Below, piece by piece: positions 9,252-19,400 of a stretch of 64,000 nucleotides of DNA. This DNA is from Fibrobacteria bacterium (GTDB lineage Bacteria > Fibrobacterota > Fibrobacteria > UBA11236). A program made the translations under genes and the position numbers. The notes beneath the pieces are model-generated. The model did not search any database. It had not been told where the DNA came from and saw only the letters and a list, made by a program, of their open reading frames with translations. How positions within the stretch are numbered: the first letter of the stretch is position 1; the number at the start of each line of letters is the position of its first letter. The DNA lies in NCBI GenBank assembly GCA_043745805.1, contig JAYTSD010000008.1, positions 325,351 through 389,350 of the forward strand, given 5' to 3'.

Positions 9252-11924
9252 TCAAATTGAACTTAATTCGATTTTGAGAGTAGTAATAATTTTATCAATC
9301 ATTTCTTGTCCAACAATTTTTTCTTCATGCATATCCGTGATATAAAAAGAATCCATTGCCTTATCTGCTTCCGTTGTAAGTACAGCTCCATGCACATTCA
9401 GACGTAACTCGCTGAAGACCTTAGTCACTTGATATAAAAGCCCCAATCTATCTTTACAAGTGAAATCAACAGTGCTAAAAGAATCGCTAATGGTATTCGA
9501 GAAAAAAATTTCCGCCGCAACCGGCAATTCTTTCCTCTTTCCGAATTGAAAACCGGTTTTGAATTTTTTTTGCAAAGTAAAAAGCTCTTCGCGTGACAAT
9601 CGAAAATTCTTTTCCAACTCTTCACATAACTTTTTTTTGAGACTTTCAGGCGTAAATTTATTTCGTGCCGACACCGAAACTTGGAATTTATCAATCGCTA
9701 CGCCATCAATACGGGTGTAGATGTGAGAACTAAGGATTGATAGCTCTAGATGCGCCATAGTGCCTGCAATGCCACACAGAAGGGCTACATCATCAGCAGC
9801 GACAATGGTTACTTCCCAATGTGTATTTGTCGCGAAAACCTGTGCATTGAATTTTTGCTTTCCTAAAGTGCTGATCAACTGTATATGTTGAATAATTTCT
9901 TCCGGTGAAGTGGAGTTTGCATAATGTCCGGGTAAAAGTTCCAGATGAGTTCTCACTTCTTGCTCAGAAAATCTCTTGCTAATATTTTCGATGAGCATTT
10001 CTTGCAGATCTCGTTTACTGATAGCGGCTTCCATAGGAGTTTGCATTGCTTCTAAAGCAAGATTATAAAGTTTTTGTAAAAGTGAAGCTTTCCAATTGGA
10101 CCAAGCATCGGGATGTACCGAAGAAACATCGCAATAAGTTAAAACGTACAGTTTATGCAAAGTAGCGGGTGTTTCCACTTTAGCAATAAAGTCACGAATG
10201 GTTTTGGGATCCCCTAAATCTCTTCTTTGAATAATTTCATTCATTAATAAATGATGCAGTACTAAATTAGAAGCCTCTTTACAACGCGAAGCAGAAAATC
10301 CCATCGCATCCATATAGTCGAAAACCATTTTTGCGCCGGTTATACTATGCTTGGGTCCCACGCCCTTCCCTATATCATGAAAAAAACTAACCAGCACCAA
10401 AGTGTCCATGTCATTTACCAGCGATACTGCTTTTCTTAAGGAAGACAATTCTTTTTCCGGACGTTGTCCTAAATAAGCGAGCTGTCGTACTACGGTAATG
10501 GTATGTTCATCCGTGGTATAGATATGGTAAATGTCATGCTGACTATGACAATAGATATAATTGAAATCGGGAATAATAAGCCCAATCAATCCAACATCAT
10601 TCATCGCGCGTAACATTCGTCCTACGCGCAACGGACTTTTACACAAACGTAAAAACTCGGGAAGATATTCTTTAGGTTCAAATTGCGATGCCGATAATAC
10701 ACTTACAGCTTGTTTAATGCGCATCACGGCATGATGGGCGTAGCCAAAGTTTTTTTCATTAGCAAGCTCAAAATACTCCATGATTAAGTTCACTTGATCA
10801 ATGAAAGGGTTACCTACACGCGCCTTAATATCCAATGCGTCGTCTTCTACTTTAAAGTGTGCATGGTTTTTTAAATTTTCTCTGGATCCTTTAGCACCCT
10901 CAGGTTTTACCCAACGAGAAATTACCGCTTCGGTAATGCGATTAATGGTTTTGGTATGGTGATAAAAAACTTTAAGGAAAACTTCGACGGGTTTTTGATT
11001 GGCTTCCTCTTTAAAATCTAATTCCAAGGCAATTTCCGGCTGGATTTCAAAAGAAAGATAATCGTCTTTTTTTTGCGTAATGAAATGCAAACAGCAGCGA
11101 ACTTGCAAAAGGAAATCATAAGCCACACGAATATCTTCCAATTCTTGCGGCGTAATAAATCCTTCACGCACTAAATCCTCAAAATCTTGACAACTATATT
11201 TTACTTGCGCAATCCACATCATGGAATGCACGTCGCGTAAACATCCATTGCCTTCTTTAAGATTGGGTTCCAATAATTGCACCAATAATCCAGTTTGAGA
11301 TTTGCGATGCTCGCGCTCTTTAATTTTTGCTTCAATCAAAGCGGAACTACGCCAAGAAAATAAAGGCTTCTTCATAAGCTTCACAAATTTGCGATACAAG
11401 CCATGATTGCCCGATAAAAAGCGCTCATTTAAAAAAGAGGTCCATGTTTCCGCATCTTTTTTCGATGCCTCCTCGCATTGACTTAAGCTGCGTACCGATG
11501 AACCTACTACAAAACCATAATCCCATAAATTACGCACGATGATTTCTGCTTGACGTAACTCTTCAGTCGTTGGACTGGAAGAAGTGAGAATTAAAATATC
11601 AATATCGCTTTGCGGACAAAGTTCCATGCGACCATAGCCTCCCACAGCCACAATGCTCACTAAATCATCTTCATTGGGAACCGACATTTCGATTTGATCC
11701 CACATCACGCGAATTAAAGTATCCGCCATTTCACTTATAAAACGTACCGTTTCCGTTCCTGAGGCGCCGCTTCGATTTAGGAGACGGATTTTTTCCCTTT
11801 GCTTAGCTAAGACAGTTTTAATGGAACTAATTTGTTCCGCCGATGATTTCCGATTATAACATTCACGTAATGCTTCTACAAAATCACCTTGCATACCAAA
11901 ACGATGGTAATAACGTTGTACCAT
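9252..11924 (-). CDS. glnD: [Protein-PII] uridylyltransferase / uridylyl-removing enzyme
   Basis: GGYGR-x-EL-x-P-x-SDID, EPNLKEG-x-G-x-LRD, YHIYTTDEH, HDIGKG (HD domain), two C-terminal ACT domains. Confidence 0.95.
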   Translation of the reverse strand: MVQRYYHRFGMQGDFVEALRECYNRKSSAEQISSIKTVLAKQREKIRLLNRSGASGTETVRFISEMADTLIRVMWDQIEMSVPNEDDLVSIVAVGGYGRMELCPQSDIDILILTSSSPTTEELRQAEIIVRNLWDYGFVVGSSVRSLSQCEEASKKDAETWTSFLNERFLSGNHGLYRKFVKLMKKPLFSWRSSALIEAKIKEREHRKSQTGLLVQLLEPNLKEGNGCLRDVHSMMWIAQVKYSCQDFEDLVREGFITPQELEDIRVAYDFLLQVRCCLHFITQKKDDYLSFEIQPEIALELDFKEEANQKPVEVFLKVFYHHTKTINRITEAVISRWVKPEGAKGSRENLKNHAHFKVEDDALDIKARVGNPFIDQVNLIMEYFELANEKNFGYAHHAVMRIKQAVSVLSASQFEPKEYLPEFLRLCKSPLRVGRMLRAMNDVGLIGLIIPDFNYIYCHSQHDIYHIYTTDEHTITVVRQLAYLGQRPEKELSSLRKAVSLVNDMDTLVLVSFFHDIGKGVGPKHSITGAKMVFDYMDAMGFSASRCKEASNLVLHHLLMNEIIQRRDLGDPKTIRDFIAKVETPATLHKLYVLTYCDVSSVHPDAWSNWKASLLQKLYNLALEAMQTPMEAAISKRDLQEMLIENISKRFSEQEVRTHLELLPGHYANSTSPEEIIQHIQLISTLGKQKFNAQVFATNTHWEVTIVAADDVALLCGIAGTMAHLELSILSSHIYTRIDGVAIDKFQVSVSARNKFTPESLKKKLCEELEKNFRLSREELFTLQKKFKTGFQFGKRKELPVAAEIFFSNTISDSFSTVDFTCKDRLGLLYQVTKVFSELRLNVHGAVLTTEADKAMDSFYITDMHEEKIVGQEMIDKIITTLKIELSSI

Positions 11925-11963
11925 AAATCCTCCTCAGCTGATTTAATATTGGTTAATCAGCTA

Positions 11964-12755
11964 TTATCGTAACATTAAGCTAGAAATTAGAAAGCCAGAA
12001 ATGAGCACGGAAACATTAGAGGCTACCACCGAAGCCATGGTAGCACGCCCCACACCTTCCGCTCCATGCGTGCTGGTATAACCAAAATAACATCCGTATA
12101 AGCTGATTAAGATTCCAAATACAAAAGATTTAAATAAACCTACCAGTAAATCCCAATCGCTGTAAAACAATCGTACGCCACTAAAAAATGCTTCGGAGGA
12201 TAAATCTTTAAAGAAGGTTACTACAAAAAGCGCACCCAAAATGGCAACCAAAGAAGAAAAAATAGTCAACATAGGTAACATAATCATGCCCGCTAATAAA
12301 CGCGGTGCCAATAAAAACCGAAAAGGATTAATATTCAAACATTTCATGGCATCTAATTGTTCCGTAACCGCCATGGTTCCCAGTTCTGCGGTCATGGCTG
12401 CACCCACACGACCTGATACAACCAAGGCGGTTAAAACCGGACCCAACTCTAACATCACCGATTTCCCCACGGCAGTGCCGATATAGCGCAGAGGAACATA
12501 ATCGGCAAATTGATACGCTGCTTGCCAGGCCGCTACCGCTCCCGTAAAAATGGAGGTCAAGCAAACTAATGGAATAGAGGTGATGCCGATGATATACATT
12601 TGTTCAACGGTAAAATGAAAGTTACGAGTCACTTGCGGCAATTGCAAAAAAAGTTCCCAAGTAAACCGAAAAAACTCTACCGTGGTTTTCACTTTGGCTA
12701 AGATGAAGAAGCCAAATCGCACCATACTTTGATCGATACTGGTGAGTATGTCCAT
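11964..12755 (-). CDS. mlaE: MlaE-family ABC permease
   Basis: ELGPVLTALVVSGRVGAAMTAELGTM-x-VTEQLDA, GAEGVG-x-AT. Confidence 0.93.
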   Translation of the reverse strand: MDILTSIDQSMVRFGFFILAKVKTTVEFFRFTWELFLQLPQVTRNFHFTVEQMYIIGITSIPLVCLTSIFTGAVAAWQAAYQFADYVPLRYIGTAVGKSVMLELGPVLTALVVSGRVGAAMTAELGTMAVTEQLDAMKCLNINPFRFLLAPRLLAGMIMLPMLTIFSSLVAILGALFVVTFFKDLSSEAFFSGVRLFYSDWDLLVGLFKSFVFGILISLYGCYFGYTSTHGAEGVGRATMASVVASNVSVLISGFLISSLMLR

Positions 12756-15700
12756 TTATTGAGCCATCAAGGTTTCAAAATATTTTTCCACAATTTTCCT
12801 TTGGTTGGAATCTAATTTCCAATTCTTCGCATTTTTACGTGCGGCTTGCAAGAGATCTCTAACTTTATCAGGACTCATTGCATTGGCTATTTGATTTTCC
12901 GAAGCATTACCTTGATATGATTTTGCTTCGCGTTCGGGACTTTCACCACGTTCTTCCATTGCATTCGCAGCTTCTAGCAAGCGTGTTTGAAAGCGTTGTT
13001 GCTTTTGTTGTAACTCCTCAGGATTCAATCGCCCTTGGCGTAATTCTTTTTCCAAATTCCGTGCTTGTTCAGCCAGTTGATGCAGTTTCTGTGCCGATCC
13101 ACCACCGGCATTATCTTTTTCTGCCAACCCTTCAATTTGCTCACCCAATTCACCTTGTTGATTAGCCATGCCTTGTGGAGATTGTCCGGGACTTAAGCTA
13201 TTAGCACTTTTGCCTTGTGAGCGAGCCTCCATCATAGCGTGTAACAATTCTGTGGTCGCCTGATTAATCGCCATTTGCTTTCCACTCATGCCTTTCAATT
13301 GCGAGGCAAAATCTCCGTGACCTTGCCCAGATGATTTTTTTCCCTTACCATTTTTTCCACTTTTTCCATCCGAACCCTCTTTGCCTTCTTTACCTTGGCC
13401 TTTAGATTTCCCCGAACTACCTGAGTTACCCGAAGCTTGTTGGTTACGCGCAAATTTAAGCAATTTTAACAATTCTCTACTCACATTTTCACTATGTTGC
13501 AGAGCTAAATCTGCTTTGTCACCATTATACTCTTTGGCAGCGGCGGCGGCAGTAATTTGTAATTGCCTTACTTCCGATAATAAAACCGGACTTACAAAAG
13601 GTAATTCTCCACTCAAAACTTTAAGGTGATCTTGCAAGTAACGCGCTACTTGTTCCACAGATCCATATAAAGAAGGTTCATCCCCTTCCCAACCTTCGCT
13701 TTGCCTTTGCGATTTTCCACTGCGGATTAAATTTTGCAAATGCATCAATTCCAAACTTTCTTGCGTGATATTATCAATTTCACTCAAATCAATTTCCAAG
13801 CCTTCGCCGCCTTCCGCAGTAGCTTCGGCTAATATTTTTTGCATTTTAGCTAATTTTTTTTGGACTTTTCCTGCCGCCTGTTTCGCTTCCGTTTTTTTTT
13901 GATTGTCGCTCATCAGCTCTTCAGCTGCCTGCATATCCTCCGTAACTTTTTCTTTTTGGAAAGCCTCATTAATATCCGCGTACATTTTTTGTTTATCCGC
14001 TTCTTTATTCAGTTCCGCTAAAAGCTTATGGCTATCTTCGCTTATTTTTTTTTGATTTTCCCTCGCCAAAGTAGTCGCCACATTTTTTTCTCGTTCTTCC
14101 AAATCCTCTAAACGGTTTTTCCAACTTTCAATTTTTTGCATTTCACGAAGATTTTGTAGCATACTTAAAGTACGATCAATATCTTGCTGCAATTGTTCGC
14201 GATTCTCCATGAGCTTATTCATTTCTTTTTGCAAATCCTCAGGATTCACTTCTTGCCCTGCCATTTTTTCGCGCAGTAAATCTTTTAAACTATCCGAAAG
14301 CAGTTCTTTAGTTAATTCTCGAACTTTTTTCATCTTGTCCAATAATTCTGGTGATAACAATTTATTGTCCATACTCTTTTGCATAAATTTTTGCAAATCC
14401 TCACTAGCTTGCTGTAAATCTTTCGCTACCTCTAATTGATCTTTAGCACCTTGTTCCTGTAATTGCTGTTTAAAAGCACTTTGCTTTTTTTCATCTTCAA
14501 ACAGGCCTTGTAAATCTTTTTGATTTTCGGCATTTTTCTTCGCTTCGTTTTTCAAATCCTGTAAATGTGTTTTTTCCGCAGCAAGTTTATTTTTATCGGC
14601 TGGCGCTACTTTATTACCCTTATCGCCTTTTTCCGGCTGCTCCATAGTTTTTTCGATTTGTGCTAATTGTGTTAATTCTTCCTGCTGATTTTTTTGGATT
14701 TTTTTCAATAGGGTTAAACGTTCCTCAACCGGCAAGTTCGCAGGATTGTTAAGGGGTAAATCTTTCTCTGCTTTTAGCATATGTTCTGCAAGCTTTGGAT
14801 AAGCCTTTTGCATTAACGCTTGTACACGTTTACCATGTTCCAAAGGATCGCGCAGCATAATACGCTGAATATCATATTCAGTAATACTCGGTGGTGCATC
14901 TTCCTTTGGCGCGGATTGCACTTGATCCAATTTATGATTGACTTGCTTTTGTCTTTCGGTAGCACTTTTTAATGAGGTGAGCGCATTGCCTTCTTGTTTT
15001 TGTAAATCGGCAAGCCATTCTTCTAAACTGGGCATACGCAAAATAATGCGTTCCGATTTACCCGATTTGTTACCACTAATAGCATCATTGTCCCAGGCTT
15101 GAAAATAAATCTCTAGGCTATTTTCTGGGCGTAATCCTAATGAATCGAGATTCCAAGTAAACTCAGCCATTTCCGATTCTTTTTTCCACCAGAATCGCGC
15201 GGATACAATGCCTGTCCTATTTTGATTATTCTCATTTGAAATACGGTAATGCAATTGCAGACGTGATATGCCAAAATCATCATGCACTTTAACTTGCAAG
15301 GGAAGTAATAATGAACGATTCAAAACATCTTGCGGACGAGGATTTATTAAAGTGAGTTGAGGTGCTTCATCCCTTAGCATTTCGATTTGTGCTTGTAACT
15401 GCGTATGATTTAATAAGCCATCTCTATCGCACAATTTAAAAGTTAAAGTTTGCGCCTCGCGTACGCCCCCCCTCCAAGTGTAATTTTGGCCTTTTCCTAA
15501 ATCTCTAAACTGGTTGGCTTTTACCGAGTCTGCATAATGAATGGATAGTTCTGCTTTTTGTAAATCACGATTCGCTTGCGCATTAATAACTACTTGCGAT
15601 CCAGGCAATACTTCAAAATGTACTTGTCCCCTAGGTAAAGTATCGGGGCCTAAATTTGTATAAGCAGGTGGTTGTACAATAAATTGTAATTGCGAAAAAG

Positions 15701-16544
15701 TGGGAGCCGATTTAACTTGCGCCAAAAACCGTTTACTTTTTCCATTTTCACCGGTAAAGAAAAAGAAAAAATCACGTTTTACTGGACCATAAGCAAAGTT
15801 AAGTGAAAAAGAGGCCGTTGAATCATTCGCTGGCACTATTTTATGTGGCATAAGCAAAAATCGTTTTTCCTCATTTCCAATTTGCACATGTGCAAAAACG
15901 TTTTGGCCGGGGAAATAATTTTTTAAAAGCGCCGTAACGTTTAAAGTATCCTCGTCGCCTATTACAAAGTGATTTTGAGAAATTTCGAAATGTAAAAGTG
16001 GTATAGCCGCCAAAGTACGCTGAGGATGAATAATACTTGCATAAAATTTGGAATTATTTCCCGATAGGTAGGCTGCCGAAAATATAAGGCCAAAAGAAAA
16101 ACCCAGCACGATTAATCCCCATCGCCAAGGAAAAGCCATGCGCTGAATTATAAGTTGCGGCCAAAACTCAGTATATAACTTTTCTAAAGCCTTTAATGTC
16201 TCATCGGAATGATTGTCTAAAGAAAGTAAAGACTGAAAAATATCCGGAGCATTTGCATTGGCGCGATCCCAACCTTTAGCAATGGAAGGAATGGCTTGGG
16301 TTAAGGTTTGCCAAACCCAAAACCCATAAATAGGTAGCGTCAAATACACATAAGGAAATAACGCTAAAGCCTTTAAAGTCCAACCAGACCAAGGATATTT
16401 AGCCGACCAATATCCCAAGCAACCAGATAATACAGCATGCGTAAGGATTAAAAGGAAGGTCACTTGCAAGATACGCTTCCACAAAAGGCGACGACGTTCC
16501 GCAAAAAGAAGTTCCACCCCTTTATTTAAGGTGGTAAAATTCAT
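12756..16544 (-). CDS. DUF4175-like large membrane-anchored coiled-coil protein
   Basis: N-terminal TMs, PPAYT, D-x2-P, DDFGI, AWDND motifs, long Q/E/K coiled coil, G/S/K-rich linker. Start 16544 gives an ATGA overlap with the upstream stop. Confidence 0.75.
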   Translation of the reverse strand: MNFTTLNKGVELLFAERRRLLWKRILQVTFLLILTHAVLSGCLGYWSAKYPWSGWTLKALALFPYVYLTLPIYGFWVWQTLTQAIPSIAKGWDRANANAPDIFQSLLSLDNHSDETLKALEKLYTEFWPQLIIQRMAFPWRWGLIVLGFSFGLIFSAAYLSGNNSKFYASIIHPQRTLAAIPLLHFEISQNHFVIGDEDTLNVTALLKNYFPGQNVFAHVQIGNEEKRFLLMPHKIVPANDSTASFSLNFAYGPVKRDFFFFFTGENGKSKRFLAQVKSAPTFSQLQFIVQPPAYTNLGPDTLPRGQVHFEVLPGSQVVINAQANRDLQKAELSIHYADSVKANQFRDLGKGQNYTWRGGVREAQTLTFKLCDRDGLLNHTQLQAQIEMLRDEAPQLTLINPRPQDVLNRSLLLPLQVKVHDDFGISRLQLHYRISNENNQNRTGIVSARFWWKKESEMAEFTWNLDSLGLRPENSLEIYFQAWDNDAISGNKSGKSERIILRMPSLEEWLADLQKQEGNALTSLKSATERQKQVNHKLDQVQSAPKEDAPPSITEYDIQRIMLRDPLEHGKRVQALMQKAYPKLAEHMLKAEKDLPLNNPANLPVEERLTLLKKIQKNQQEELTQLAQIEKTMEQPEKGDKGNKVAPADKNKLAAEKTHLQDLKNEAKKNAENQKDLQGLFEDEKKQSAFKQQLQEQGAKDQLEVAKDLQQASEDLQKFMQKSMDNKLLSPELLDKMKKVRELTKELLSDSLKDLLREKMAGQEVNPEDLQKEMNKLMENREQLQQDIDRTLSMLQNLREMQKIESWKNRLEDLEEREKNVATTLARENQKKISEDSHKLLAELNKEADKQKMYADINEAFQKEKVTEDMQAAEELMSDNQKKTEAKQAAGKVQKKLAKMQKILAEATAEGGEGLEIDLSEIDNITQESLELMHLQNLIRSGKSQRQSEGWEGDEPSLYGSVEQVARYLQDHLKVLSGELPFVSPVLLSEVRQLQITAAAAAKEYNGDKADLALQHSENVSRELLKLLKFARNQQASGNSGSSGKSKGQGKEGKEGSDGKSGKNGKGKKSSGQGHGDFASQLKGMSGKQMAINQATTELLHAMMEARSQGKSANSLSPGQSPQGMANQQGELGEQIEGLAEKDNAGGGSAQKLHQLAEQARNLEKELRQGRLNPEELQQKQQRFQTRLLEAANAMEERGESPEREAKSYQGNASENQIANAMSPDKVRDLLQAARKNAKNWKLDSNQRKIVEKYFETLMAQ

Positions 16545-17224
16545 TTCCAGAGCTGTCCTTGTAAATACCAAGCCACCACATTTACGCCCATACGCAAAGC
16601 CTGCTCATGCAGAGTGGGGAGGTCATGATACACTTCCAAATCCTCCCAACCATTGCCTAAATCACTTTCATAACTAAAGAAAACTATTTGTCGGCCTTCG
16701 ATTTGAATTCCAAACGCAGTAGCACGTTTACCATCATGCTCATGAATTTTAGGTAAGCCATTAGGAAATTTGTAAAAGGCGGAAAACACGGGATGCGCAT
16801 TGCTTAAAATTTGTAAGGGATTATGCGGAAAAAGAATTTTCATTTCTCGTTGAAAACTTTCTTGCAATCCATAATTATCATCTGCGAATAATAATCCGCC
16901 GCGCAGTAAATAAGTGCGCAAGACCTTTCTCTCCTCTTCGGAAAAAGTCACATTGCCATGGCCCGTCATAAACAAAATAGGATAGCGATACAAATCACCA
17001 TCCAATAAAGCCACGATACGTTCTTGAACGCAGGTTTTTATTTGCAAATCTTTTTTTAAACGCGCTTGTAAATTAGCCAGCATGGATGGGCCAGCATACC
17101 AATCCCCTCCGCCTCCATACTTTAAACGCGCCACCGCAAAACAACTGTCTTGGGTTTCGGCAATAAGTTTACCTAAACATACAACCACAAATAAAAAAAA
17201 TATTTTAAGGCGTAAGTGCAACAT
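16541..17224 (-). CDS. DUF4159 domain protein
   Basis: ARLKYGGGGDWY, YPILFMTGHG, GGLLFADDNYG, GLPKIHEHDG, DLGNGWED. ATG 17224 has GAGG upstream. Confidence 0.9.
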   Translation of the reverse strand: MLHLRLKIFFLFVVVCLGKLIAETQDSCFAVARLKYGGGGDWYAGPSMLANLQARLKKDLQIKTCVQERIVALLDGDLYRYPILFMTGHGNVTFSEEERKVLRTYLLRGGLLFADDNYGLQESFQREMKILFPHNPLQILSNAHPVFSAFYKFPNGLPKIHEHDGKRATAFGIQIEGRQIVFFSYESDLGNGWEDLEVYHDLPTLHEQALRMGVNVVAWYLQGQLWK

Positions 17225-19358
17225 TTTTATTTGCCTCAACCGAGGTATAAAGTTTTTTGTAAATCCAATAATTAGCCATCACCTTTTTTATATAATCCCG
17301 TGTTTCCCAATAACTAATATCTTCTACATATTGTTCTAAAGGCTTTTTTCCCAATTGACTTTGCCAACGTTTTGCCGGTTCTGGACCTGCATTATAATTC
17401 GCTAGTATGAAGGGTAAGCTGCCTTTATAAATTTGCATCAGCTCATGCAAATAAACGGTTCCTAAACGAATATTGATAGCGGCGAGTTGTAAATCATCGC
17501 TGGCAAATTTAGGGATATGTGCTTTTTGTGCGATGCGTTTACCTGTGGCGGGCATAATTTGCATTAGCCCTGTGGCTCCTACTGCCGATTTGATGTTGGG
17601 ATCAAAACCACTTTCTTGACGCATTAAAGCAAAAATAAAATAAGGATCTAAATTGCTTTGCATAGCATTTTGCCTTACTTCTTCACTATAGGCTTGGGGA
17701 TAAATCAATTTGGCTATTGCTAAAGGTGTTTTAGCTATTTGTTCTTCGGAAATTTTATTCCACAATAACAATCCAATTTTATAGGATTCGGGATAAAGTT
17801 TATAATTCAGAAATATTCTTGAATAATTCAATAATAACCATGGATTATTTTTTTCTGAATCCGGAAAACTTTTAAAGGTAGTAATGGCCAAAGTATCGAG
17901 ATGTAATTGTAATAATTTACCAATGTCGAGATAATTACTCGCAAAATTATTAGGAGTTAATTCTTTAAAGTCCGATAAATTATTTTGCATCCATGCTTTT
18001 AAGCTGTCGGGCCTTGAAGAAGCCGGTGCCCAAATAGCCAGTAAACTATCATTAATGATCTTTTTTTTCTGATGCGCATTTAGTGTATCACGTGCAATAC
18101 AACCATAAAACTGATAAGGAAACTGATCCGCGAGAATATTATAGTCTTCATAAACACCTGCTGTATCCCCTAGTCGCTGGCGCATTTGAGCTTCCCAAAA
18201 AATCCCCGCGGAAGTCGCGGCTAGGTTTTTTTGTGCGCGCACATTTCTAAAAAAAGTTAAGGCCACCGAATCATTTTGCTGTTTAGCATAATTCCAGCCT
18301 ATGCGAAAATTTGCCCACTCTGCACGTTTGTTTTTATTCGTAGGTACTAATTGACGAAAGTACAATTCAATAGCTTTAGTGTAATCGCCTTTACCTTCCG
18401 CATCGAAAGCTCTTAACCAATAAATTTCCGACGATTTTTCATGCTGTGGAAATTTTTCTAAAAAAGTGTCATAGGTTTGCTGCGCTTTTTTTTCCTCTCC
18501 ATTTTTGTCTTGGGCTTTCGCCATTTGTAGCCACACTTCCGCATGCTCCCCATAAAGCCGCGAATATTTCTGTCCCACAGAAATCACATTCACGTATTGC
18601 TTATCTTTCAGATATAAACGAATAACATTTAATTGTAATTTTCGTTTTTCTTCGGGATTGGGCAAACAAGCTAACAAGGCTTCGCAACGCGAAATACCTG
18701 CCGAAAAATATCCCAATTTTTCTTCCCACGCCAAGAGCAGGTTTTGTACCTCCCAGCTACTTTGGCATATTGGATTACACGCATTCAACATTTTATATAG
18801 AGTATCAGCACGCTTGTCGCTATAACTTAATTCCACTAATGTGTGCAGAGGTTTTTCAAAACCTTGAAAATTTCCTCGATAACTTTTCAAGTTTAACCAA
18901 GCTTGAATAAACTCGAATTTTACATTCGCCGGTATAGGATTAAATATGGCCTGTTCATAAAACTCTAGCTTGTTCGAATCCGAAGGAGTTGTTTGTGAAA
19001 AAATAAGTGCTCGCTTTTTCCATAAAAAAGCTTGCCAACTGGAACTCGAAACCGTCTTGCATTTTTCTGCCAAAACACTATCGGCTTTATCAAACTTAGC
19101 TAAACCAATATATGCCTCATATAAAAGCGAGGTAACATATAACTGTGCCAAAGGTTCATTCGGTTTTGCCAACTGTAATAAGCGAATGGCTTTAGTATAA
19201 TTTTTTATTTGTAAAGCCTGTACAGCCCCAACAAAGGCGTTTTGAAAACGCCTGACTTCCTTGGCAGAGGGAAAAAAAATTTCGGCGGGTACTTTGACTT
19301 CGGCGGAAAAAGTGAATCCGCAAAATATTAACAAGAACCCAAAAGGCAGCCATTTCAT
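17205..19358 (-). CDS. slt: Soluble lytic murein transglycosylase with TPR region
   Basis: RQESGF, GLMQIMP-x-T, YNAGP, ETRDYIKKV; signal peptide. Confidence 0.9.
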   Translation of the reverse strand: MKWLPFGFLLIFCGFTFSAEVKVPAEIFFPSAKEVRRFQNAFVGAVQALQIKNYTKAIRLLQLAKPNEPLAQLYVTSLLYEAYIGLAKFDKADSVLAEKCKTVSSSSWQAFLWKKRALIFSQTTPSDSNKLEFYEQAIFNPIPANVKFEFIQAWLNLKSYRGNFQGFEKPLHTLVELSYSDKRADTLYKMLNACNPICQSSWEVQNLLLAWEEKLGYFSAGISRCEALLACLPNPEEKRKLQLNVIRLYLKDKQYVNVISVGQKYSRLYGEHAEVWLQMAKAQDKNGEEKKAQQTYDTFLEKFPQHEKSSEIYWLRAFDAEGKGDYTKAIELYFRQLVPTNKNKRAEWANFRIGWNYAKQQNDSVALTFFRNVRAQKNLAATSAGIFWEAQMRQRLGDTAGVYEDYNILADQFPYQFYGCIARDTLNAHQKKKIINDSLLAIWAPASSRPDSLKAWMQNNLSDFKELTPNNFASNYLDIGKLLQLHLDTLAITTFKSFPDSEKNNPWLLLNYSRIFLNYKLYPESYKIGLLLWNKISEEQIAKTPLAIAKLIYPQAYSEEVRQNAMQSNLDPYFIFALMRQESGFDPNIKSAVGATGLMQIMPATGKRIAQKAHIPKFASDDLQLAAINIRLGTVYLHELMQIYKGSLPFILANYNAGPEPAKRWQSQLGKKPLEQYVEDISYWETRDYIKKVMANYWIYKKLYTSVEANKNVALTP

Positions 19359-19400
19359 ATGATTGAAAATAGTAAATCGCTTGCGGCAAAGCGCAATGAG

